Program-made: the position numbers and the translations under genes
Shown here: one piece after another, positions 1 to 7,170 of the stretch
How positions within the stretch are numbered: the first letter of the stretch is position 1
Layout: each line of letters starts with the position of its first letter
DNA from: Cyanophyceae cyanobacterium
Lineage (GTDB): Bacteria; Cyanobacteriota; Cyanobacteriia; Cyanobacteriales; JBHJGN01
NCBI GenBank assembly: GCA_050331735.1
Contig: JBHJGN010000075.1
Location: forward strand, 1 to 18,955
Direction of reading: 5' to 3'
Length of the DNA stretch: 18,955 bases
The notes under the pieces: model-generated
The model's input: the letters and a program-made list of their open reading frames with translations, nothing else
Told to the model about the DNA's origin: nothing
Database searches by the model: none

Positions 1-80
1 GCAACTTTTCTGATCGAGCTATCACCTTTTTCTACGGCATCAATTATCTTTTCTCGCAAATCTAAGGAATAAGGCTTCAT
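1..80 (-). CDS. IS630-family transposase, N-terminal HTH part (truncated by window edge)
   Basis: Manual translation from ATG at 80 gives MKPYSLDLREKIIDAVEKGDSSIRKVA, the typical IS630 N-terminus (YSxDLRxKI). Not in the ORF track. Confidence 0.88.
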   Translation of the reverse strand, partial: MKPYSLDLREKIIDAVEKGDSSIRKV

Positions 81-139
81 CTGGCAACTTATTTTTACAA
101 TACTAGAGATTGTCCCCTATTTAGCTGCAAACTGCTGTA
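1..139 (-). mobile_element. IS630-family insertion sequence, 5' (left) end, running off the window edge
   Basis: Minus strand 139->111 reads TA-CAGCAGTTTGCAGCTAAATAGGGGACA, i.e. a TA target plus terminal inverted repeat. It is 22/29 identical to the repeat at 18818-18846. A transposase start follows at 80. Confidence 0.85.
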
Positions 140-235
140 ATTGTTACAGCCAGCATCCATCATCCTTTCGATAACATCAGCATCACTGGCGGTTATGGCA
201 ATGATCGGTATCTGAGCAAGAGACGCTATGAGTCT
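138..235 (-). pseudogene. Fragment of a CheY-like response-regulator receiver domain
   Basis: Manual translation gives RLIASLAQIPIIAITASDADVIERMMDAGCNNY, matching the receiver beta4-alpha4-beta5 pattern (IPIIAxTA...AGCxxY[xxKP]). There is no start, and it ends at the IS TA target. Confidence 0.7.
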
Positions 236-237
236 GT

Positions 238-714
238 TTAGGAACTAGCTACTAAGCAGTAAAATTTCACCTCATGATTTTGCCAAAACCAAACTTCTTT
301 AACTCCCAAATATTTGTCCTTTTCCAGATCGAGTCCCCCACCGCTTGAATAGGTCGCTTCGACAGCCAGATCGGGAATGGATTTATCTGTATGAAAAGCG
401 AAACTACAGTCGGGTTCTTTACCCGCTAGAGGCGGATTTTTAAGCGTTGTTGCTCCAATGGGGAAATAGACTAAATCGTACTTGCGGCAATAGGTTTTAA
501 TTAATCCATTGATGGTTTCAGCGATGCGTTCATGATTTCTACTGGGAGACACAATCGTAATAATCCCCTGCCAATATGAAACTCGATAACCTGAAGGTTC
601 TTGACTGATCAATGGTTCGTAATCAGCCCAAGCCATGCCAGATAAAGTCAGAGTTTGATCTTGCTGTTGAGCGCGATCGCTGTCTACAGAAAAATTAAGC
701 AGATCGGTAAACAC
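238..714 (-). pseudogene. Uma2 (DUF820) family putative endonuclease, C-terminally truncated
   Basis: Motifs SPSRNHE, GATTL, KEPDCSF, PDLAVE and LGVKEVWFW; GTG start with an AAGGAG RBS. It stops right after FYCLVASS, lacks the usual C-terminal segment, and has drifted motifs (EATYSSG, LEKDKYLGV). Confidence 0.75.
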
Positions 715-922
715 GTTGATTCTCCTTGTTATTTATCCTCAACCAGCAAGTCGCCGTTGTCTGGGCAATGGCAATAGGATAGATAACAGGCGTAATGAAC
801 AGAACAATATCAACATTTCTCACTAGCCAGAGAGGGGGATCTCTAGCCTCACAGCGACGGTGCGACTGTTTCTCACAAGACTAAAGGGGGATCGCCTCAA
901 GCTAGTATTGGTGAAGGCGTGA

Positions 923-938
923 CCCCCGAATTTGGGGG
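923..938. terminator. Short GC hairpin downstream of the 978-1391 gene; possible terminator or dispersed palindrome
   Basis: CCCCC-GAATTT-GGGGG, about 40 bp past the stop codon. Confidence 0.35.
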
Positions 939-977
939 CTGGTGTCGCCTGTTAAGAGAGACGGAATTTTTCTTGAT

Positions 978-1391
978 TTATTCTAGCCGCAATGCCTGTT
1001 GCTGCAAAAACTTTCCCCACTTAGCCGCTAGGACAGTTTCAGTAAACGGGATTCTAATCAATCGATCGCTACTTAATTCAAATTCTAGAGCAGGCTTTCC
1101 TCGGGCAGGAGGTGAGTCTAAATCTGCCAGTTGCTTGTTGACTACTAGGCGAATTTCTCGAACATCCTTTAGGGAAAACGTTTCGAGGTTAACCGGACCC
1201 TTGCGAGTTGGCTTTCCCCAGGTTAAGAGCGCGTTATTTTGACCCAGCACCGCATAGATATCATACTTGGCTCGCTCAAACGGCTCTGCCCAAACTTTAT
1301 ACGCTTCAACCTTCTGATACTCATTCCACCCCGACCATGCCAGCCCAAAAAACACGATCAGTAAAGGCAGCCACAATAAGCCTCGCTCCAT
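978..1391 (-). CDS. Conserved cyanobacterial hypothetical protein with an N-terminal transmembrane helix
   Basis: 137 aa starting MERGLLWLPLL...AWSGWNEYQKVEAY, a sequence type I recognise from cyanobacteria. Divergent from the DUF3318 gene. Confidence 0.85.
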   Translation of the reverse strand: MERGLLWLPLLIVFFGLAWSGWNEYQKVEAYKVWAEPFERAKYDIYAVLGQNNALLTWGKPTRKGPVNLETFSLKDVREIRLVVNKQLADLDSPPARGKPALEFELSSDRLIRIPFTETVLAAKWGKFLQQQALRLE

Positions 1392-1656
1392 TAAACTATC
1401 TCCAGCACTTCTTATTTGATCCTAACTTTGGTCCCGCAACAACAAAAAATTAAATCTACTATCTAAGCTTTGTTCTACGAATCGTATTCAAAGCAAGGGG
1501 AACAAAGACAAGCTCAGCATTCTTTTCTTTTTCCCCAAGAGATCAGCTTGTCGGGCTGCTACGAAGATCAATCAGATTACCGATGACCAATTTGAACAAG
1601 AATCGCTATGATCCAATAATAAAGAATCCGTTTGTTAATTTGATTCAGGCAGATCT

Positions 1657-2319
1657 ATGACATATGCAACTGCTTCTGCTAGAGCCGAAATCAGTGAACT
1701 TCGGCGCTTGAAAACTTTGCTGCCGCCAGAGTTGCAAAGCTGGGTAATGATCGAAGGAACCACCGAAGTGAATCCCCCGCTCGTTCGTTCTGAAGAACTG
1801 GGCAGAGATGAGGTAGAGATTCAAATCGATTTGGCTAAGTGGGAAAACCTAGCAATCGATCAGCGTAACTTGCTGTTTTGGCACGAGGTAGCCCGAATTC
1901 AGAACGATACCATTCCCCGAGAGGGATGGGAAATGGCAGCCTTAGCGATTGGATTAGGCGGGGCTGTCGGTGAACTTTGGGTCCAGGATGGTTTACTATT
2001 GCTGCTAGCCTTGTCGCTATGTGGAATTTCTGGCTATCGCCTTTGGCAGAAAAATAACGGGGAACGTACGCTCAAAGAAGCGATCGAAGCAGACGAAAAA
2101 GCGATCGCCCTCGCCACCCGATTCGGCTATTCTCTTCCCAATGCCTATAAAAGCCTAGGCAGTGCTCTCAAAACCTTGATTGAGCAAACTCCTAACCGAG
2201 GCAAACGGAAAAAATACGAAGAACGCCTTCAGGCGCTCAGACGTTCTGCTTCTAAAGCAAAGGCGCAAATGAAAACAAAACGCGAGGGAATGTCCCGCAG
2301 AGAAGCCGAGTTCAGCTAA
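1657..2319 (+). CDS. DUF3318 domain-containing membrane protein
   Basis: 220 aa with ELRRLKTLLPPELQSWV, QRNLLFWHEVARIQ, two hydrophobic segments and ADEKAIALATRFGY. Confidence 0.85.
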   Translation: MTYATASARAEISELRRLKTLLPPELQSWVMIEGTTEVNPPLVRSEELGRDEVEIQIDLAKWENLAIDQRNLLFWHEVARIQNDTIPREGWEMAALAIGLGGAVGELWVQDGLLLLLALSLCGISGYRLWQKNNGERTLKEAIEADEKAIALATRFGYSLPNAYKSLGSALKTLIEQTPNRGKRKKYEERLQALRRSASKAKAQMKTKREGMSRREAEFS

Positions 2320-2342
2320 CCGTCGCTTATTCAGTTCAATTC

Positions 2343-2366
2343 AACCCCATCTAAGTTGGTGGGGTT
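2343..2366 (+). terminator. Stem-loop after the DUF3318 gene, probable terminator
   Basis: AACCCCATC-TAAGTT-GGTGGGGTT, a 9-bp stem with one G-U, about 24 bp after the stop. Confidence 0.55.
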
Positions 2367-2410
2367 ACCATTCTGAGCGGTTGCTGCTCTGGCTGAAGTT
2401 AATTTTATTT

Positions 2411-2445
2411 GTCAACTATCCTGGTGTTGAAAAGACATCAGGCTT
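2411..2445. mobile_element. Isolated IS200/IS605-type (IscB/TnpB-associated) end hairpin, relic
   Basis: GTCAACTAT-CCTGGTGTT-GAAAA-GACATCAGG-CTT resembles the GTCAACTACCC...GGCTT terminal hairpin of these elements. No associated ORF. Confidence 0.45.
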
Positions 2446-3143
2446 AGTCGGCGTATAGCGGCGCTTAAAGTAAGAATAAAATTGAAGCTTCTGGCGCTGA
2501 TTTTGTAGTGGCGGCACTGGGTTTGTCGGTTACTGATATAGTTAATAATGCCTACAAAGAGGATAGAGTGAGAAGCTTACGGTATAGATAGTTTCTACAT
2601 GGCGCCAGTCTAGGTTTTCTGAGTGTGTACTCGATGATTAACTGTCCGTAGATCTATCTTTAAAACAAAGTTTAATTGAAGCTCTTAAAGAAGATAAGCA
2701 ACGAAACGCGAAATTTATTGCAGTGGCCCTTCAAGCAAACCGAAAAAAGAATATTAGCCTTTAACTTTTTCTGATACAGAAACTGCAACGCGAAATCTTA
2801 ATACTGTGAGATCTACAGACCTTTTTACAATCGATTCAAAAAATAACTCCTAGCTATTTAAATTCTATAAACTGATATCTTTGCGGATTTTTTCTGTGTC
2901 TAAACAATAGTTAGCATCACGAATCTTTTCAGTCTTTAGCTCGTATTTATTAGCTTCTAACTGGACCCAGTAAGTGCGTGTCGTCGGCGATCGCTTCCCT
3001 AGAATCTCTGGTTAATAACGTCACTTTCTCTTTCGTCTCGTTAGTGTGAGCAGCTTAACGTGAGCCTCTCTCAACACTCTGTGAATAGTTTCCGTTCACT
3101 CATTACTCGTCTAGAGAGCTTATGGCTCTTAAAATTAAATCGA

Positions 3144-3205
3144 TAAATAAGTCATTATTGGCGCTTATTCCCTGTAAATAAGTCATTATCAGCCATTATT
3201 CGCCG
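3144..3205 (+). repeat. 31-bp tandem duplication (2 copies)
   Basis: TAAATAAGTCATTATTGGCGCTTATTCCCTG / TAAATAAGTCATTATCAGCCATTATTCGCCG, 25/31 identical with the first 15 nt perfect. Confidence 0.8.
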
Positions 3206-3222
3206 TGATAACTTGCGAATAG

Positions 3223-6200
3223 ATGCATTTTGTTGATTACGTAATGGTTGATACTTTGGACGAACAGTCTTCCCCGACTAATGCGGTGTCCGGCGACGAG
3301 GACGTAATCCTCGACCTTCCGGCGCAATACTCCAGCGGTAACGCTGGCTTTTTTAACCGCCAGAACGAGTCTGTGCCGACCGCCGTTACAGTTGGCCCCG
3401 ACGGTGCGCTCTACGCCTCTGAGCTGAGTGCGTTGCCCTACCCCGAAGGCTTCGCCCGTGTGCTGCGCGTCAGCGATCCCGAGGGCGTCGCCAGCTACGA
3501 CGGACGGACCCCGGGCGGCACTGGCCAGATTTACGCCAGCGGCTTCGAGCAGATCAACGGCCTGACGTTCGATGAGGACGGGGCGCTTTACGTCCTCGAA
3601 TACGTCAACGCCAGCACCGTTTACGACCCGACGCTTCCCTTTGCAGAATTGCCGCCGAGCCGATTGCTCCGGGTTGACCCAGACGGTACGCGCGAGCAGA
3701 TCTCCGGCGAGGAGCTGCGCTTTGGCAACTACGTGCTCGCCCATGAGGGCAAGGTTTACGCCGCAATTGGCAACGGCGACATCGACGAAGGCCAGGTGCT
3801 TGCCTACGAGCAAGACGCCGAGACCGGCGAGTGGTCATACGAGGTCGTGGCGGAGAACCTTAAGAACCCGCGCGGCATGGACATCGGACCCGACGGCAAC
3901 CTCTACATTCTTGAATCTGGTGAGGGCACCCCGGCGGACGACCCGAACGCCGAGGACGCCCTGAGCATCGCCTTTATTCCGGGTTTAGTCAGCCAGCGCG
4001 CTGGCTATACCGGCGCGATTAGCAAGATCGACCTTGAGAACGGCAGCCAAGAGCGGGTTTACGAGGGTCTGCCCTCGACCATCGAATACGACCCGAATAC
4101 CGGCGAGGACCGCATCCTTTCTATTGGTCCGAACGGCCTTGCGATCGGCGAGGACGGGACGGTGTGGATTGCCTCCGGCGGCGGCCTCTCGGTTCAAACC
4201 GCCGAGGCGTTGGGCGAATTCGGCGAGGGCTTGCGCGGTGTGCTGAAGCTGGAAGGTTTGTTCGGCGAGGAGCCCTCACAGGCAACCTGGACCCCAGCGT
4301 TCGATACGGTGCAATACGCTATCGAGAACGGCCCGGACGGTGCCACCACGTTGTTCAATACCCAGAGCAACCTGAACGACATTGAGATCGGCCCAGACGG
4401 CAACCTTTACGCCGTCGACGCAGCGCGCAACGTGATGTACGGCCTCAGCCCCGACGGTGAGGAGGTCGAAGGCGTCACCGTGCTGCAAAAGACCCCACCG
4501 GTGCTCACCCCGCCGCAATACGGATTGGTCACGCAGGCGGGTGGCGATCCAAGCGCGGACTATCGCGTTGAGATCCTTGAACGTACTTTTAAGGGCGAGA
4601 ACGATCTGCCCGACACGCCGGGTCGGCAGCAAGCGCTAGCGAACGCCGCGCCGCCTCCGACCGAGGGCGGCAACGGCGAGCCGCCTCCACGCGGCGAGGA
4701 TGCCACGATTGGCGAAACTTTAGGCGAGGCCGGCGTACCGGGCGATTTCTCCGGCGTTGACGGCGAAGCGCAGCCGCCGGTCGACGAGGGGCAAATTACG
4801 GCGGACCGCCCGACCCCAGGCAACCCAATGCTAGAGCCACAGGCCCCGGCAGACGGTTTGCCAATGCCGGAAGCTAACGCAGGCGAGGGCGTCGATCTGC
4901 CCGACGATGCTGAGGTTCTCATGGCCGCGGCGGACGACTCCCCAACCGAGATACCAGGCTTTGATCCGACAGAGGGCTTTGACCCAACCATGCCCCCACC
5001 AGACGGGTTTGATGCCAACGACTTCGACCCGCTCAACCCAACCTTGCTGCCGGGTGTCGAACCGGACGTGCTGATTCCCGGCCCGGTCGATCCGCTCGCA
5101 CCCGTCATCACAAAGAGTAACCCGTTTGCCGACTACTTTGACCCGTTTTTCGGCGTGTATTTACCAGCGCGGGGCGATGAGCCGGTGCTGCCGGACGGTG
5201 AGGGCGGCAGCTACACAATCGACGACCTGTTCGTGTTCGGCGATCGCCTGACCGAGAATGGCGGCGAGTTCGGCAAGAACGCTGTGGCGGAAAGCACGGG
5301 CGCAAACCCGCCCTACGATGTCGCACCGTACTCGCCGCTCGGCAACTTCACCGATGGCCTAAACTGGACCACTTACCTCGCGCGCATCCTCGGCGTCGAG
5401 GACTACGCCGAGCAGGACACCAACTTCAGCTACCTCGACGCCACGGCGCGTGAATTATTCAATCCGGTCGATCCGTTCGGCGAGGCGACCGAGCTGAATA
5501 CCTTTGCCGGCCAGATCAATAGTTTTGAGGAGGCCTACGGTACGTTTGCCGAGGACGACCTGGTGGTTGTCAACTTCGGCGGCAACGACCTGACTCTACC
5601 GCCAGCAGAGGGCGTTGCGCCGGAGGAGGCCGCGCAGCAATCAATCCAAGCGACCGTCGACGGTATCGCGCGTCTGCAATCGTTGGGCGCCGAGAACTTC
5701 TTAGTCGGGCTTGTCCCGCCAGTCGAGCTAGCGCCGATTTTCAGCGACCCAGAGTTCCAGGCTATCCTGGGCGTCGAACCTGGCTTCTTCGGCCCTGTGG
5801 TCGAGGGCTACAACCAGGGTTTGACAGCCGCGCTGGAGGCCTACGAGGTAGAATCGGGCGCAAACATCGAGATCTTCGATATCGACGCGCTGTTCGATGC
5901 CATCGCGGCGGAGCCGGAAGCATACGGATTCGTCAACCTAGATGAGCCGGTCTTAATTAGTCAGACGCCTCTGACTGGCGAGCCGCCAGCCTACAACCCG
6001 GCAATCGTCGGGCAGGATCCGGCGGTGCAGCACGCGACGCTGTTCCTCGACCCGTTCTTCCACCCGACCGCTCTCGGCCACTCGATCCTGGCCGAGACGG
6101 CGCGCAACGAACTGCTCGGTCTAGGCACTGTTCCTGCCGATGGGTCCGGTGGCGAAGGAAGCAAAAACGATGGGGTTCTTGTCGGCTCCTCGGAAGACGA

Positions 6201-6726
6201 CACCATCGACGCTCTCGGAGGCAACGTTGCCGTTGCAGGCGAGGCGGGGAACGACGAGCTTCTCGGCGGATCTGGCAACGATATTCTACGCGGAGACCTC
6301 AACCGACGTTCGTCTCAAGGCGACTCCGGCGGAGACGATCGCATCTCCGGTGGTTTCGGCGATGATCGCATCGGCGGTAAGGGCGGAAACGACGAGCTTC
6401 TCGGCGACGAGGGCAACGACCAACTCTGGGGTGACGACGGCGACGACGTGCTGCGCGGCGGTTCCGGTGATGATATTCTCACTGGTGACGACCACTCCGG
6501 CGGACAGGGCCGCGATACCTTTGTCCTCGCCGCAGGAGAAGGAACGGACCTCATCACTGACTTTGAGGTGGGGACGGACCTGATTGGTCTGGCAGACGGT
6601 CTCTCGTTTGGGTCTTTAACTCTAGACGAAGTAGGCAACGACACCCTCGTTACTTTCGAGAACGAGACGCTAGCCCGCGTCTCTGGTGTCGCCGCTCTCC
6701 AGGAGAGCAGCTTTGTTGCTGTATAG
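3223..6726 (+). CDS. Large acidic RTX-repeat protein: ScyD/ScyE-like beta-propeller + Pro/acidic linker + SGNH/GDSL-fold domain + Ca-binding RTX tail
   Basis: Propeller blades (VGPDGALY, NPRGMDIGPDGNLY, GPNGLAIGEDG) at ~3367-4485. SGNH blocks FGDRLTENG, NFTDGLNW, FGGNDL and DPFFHPTALGH at ~5215-6120. GGxGxDxLx repeats and DTFVLAAGEGTDLITDF at ~6175-6726. The start may be ATG 3244. Confidence 0.9.
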   Translation: MHFVDYVMVDTLDEQSSPTNAVSGDEDVILDLPAQYSSGNAGFFNRQNESVPTAVTVGPDGALYASELSALPYPEGFARVLRVSDPEGVASYDGRTPGGTGQIYASGFEQINGLTFDEDGALYVLEYVNASTVYDPTLPFAELPPSRLLRVDPDGTREQISGEELRFGNYVLAHEGKVYAAIGNGDIDEGQVLAYEQDAETGEWSYEVVAENLKNPRGMDIGPDGNLYILESGEGTPADDPNAEDALSIAFIPGLVSQRAGYTGAISKIDLENGSQERVYEGLPSTIEYDPNTGEDRILSIGPNGLAIGEDGTVWIASGGGLSVQTAEALGEFGEGLRGVLKLEGLFGEEPSQATWTPAFDTVQYAIENGPDGATTLFNTQSNLNDIEIGPDGNLYAVDAARNVMYGLSPDGEEVEGVTVLQKTPPVLTPPQYGLVTQAGGDPSADYRVEILERTFKGENDLPDTPGRQQALANAAPPPTEGGNGEPPPRGEDATIGETLGEAGVPGDFSGVDGEAQPPVDEGQITADRPTPGNPMLEPQAPADGLPMPEANAGEGVDLPDDAEVLMAAADDSPTEIPGFDPTEGFDPTMPPPDGFDANDFDPLNPTLLPGVEPDVLIPGPVDPLAPVITKSNPFADYFDPFFGVYLPARGDEPVLPDGEGGSYTIDDLFVFGDRLTENGGEFGKNAVAESTGANPPYDVAPYSPLGNFTDGLNWTTYLARILGVEDYAEQDTNFSYLDATARELFNPVDPFGEATELNTFAGQINSFEEAYGTFAEDDLVVVNFGGNDLTLPPAEGVAPEEAAQQSIQATVDGIARLQSLGAENFLVGLVPPVELAPIFSDPEFQAILGVEPGFFGPVVEGYNQGLTAALEAYEVESGANIEIFDIDALFDAIAAEPEAYGFVNLDEPVLISQTPLTGEPPAYNPAIVGQDPAVQHATLFLDPFFHPTALGHSILAETARNELLGLGTVPADGSGGEGSKNDGVLVGSSEDDTIDALGGNVAVAGEAGNDELLGGSGNDILRGDLNRRSSQGDSGGDDRISGGFGDDRIGGKGGNDELLGDEGNDQLWGDDGDDVLRGGSGDDILTGDDHSGGQGRDTFVLAAGEGTDLITDFEVGTDLIGLADGLSFGSLTLDEVGNDTLVTFENETLARVSGVAALQESSFVAV

Positions 6727-6747
6727 AACAGTCTCGCAAAGATGAGC

Positions 6748-6780
6748 AAAGGGCAGCTTTTACTTCTAAGGCTGCCCTTT
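6748..6780 (+). terminator. Rho-independent terminator-like hairpin
   Basis: AAAGGGCAGC...GCTGCCCTTT, a 10-bp perfect inverted repeat about 21 bp after the stop. Confidence 0.7.
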
Positions 6781-7170
6781 CCCTGTGATTTAAATACATA
6801 TCTCCTAACCGGCCCCTCGTTTTATCGTGTTTTTCCCAAGTCAAATCGTCCTTCTCTACTACTGGGAAAACCAGAAAATGAACAGAGATGCTGAGATAAA
6901 CGCACAAAATTTTCTCCGGCCCAAACTGCACCTCCCCACTCGATTGATGGCGTAATCTTCAAACAGATTGCTGAAAAACGCTAAATTGACTTGGGATTAA
7001 TTCAGACTTTTTGACTTTAGAAAACCGGATTAAGTTTGACGCTTTGTCAACGATCGAAAGCTTCAGATAATGACGCCACGCCGATATTGTCAAGGTTTCT
7101 GTGTTATACCAAAACTGAGATTAACTTTAAGCTTCAACATTATCTAGCTAAGAAGGGTTGATAGAGCTTT

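Noticed and set aside
712..727. Similar start context (AAGGAG..TCAAC-GTG) for Uma2 and the 9677-10042 gene
   Set aside because: Explained by a shared RBS plus start codon; too short to imply a repeat element.
919..1453. Plus-strand ORFs 919-1242 and 1208-1453
   Set aside because: Antisense to a recognisable conserved gene; no motifs.
2661..2672. TAAAACAAAGTT, identical to the core of class 1 attI1
   Set aside because: Only 12 AT-rich bases; the flanks do not match and no integrase is adjacent, so chance is likely.
3223..4485. Scytonemin biosynthesis cluster
   Set aside because: Only a ScyD/E-like domain is present; no scyABC or trp/tyr genes.
3196..6931. Many overlapping alternative-frame and antisense ORFs within the RTX gene
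   Set aside because: Shadow ORFs expected from high GC and biased codon usage; Arg/Ser/Pro-rich with no recognisable motifs.
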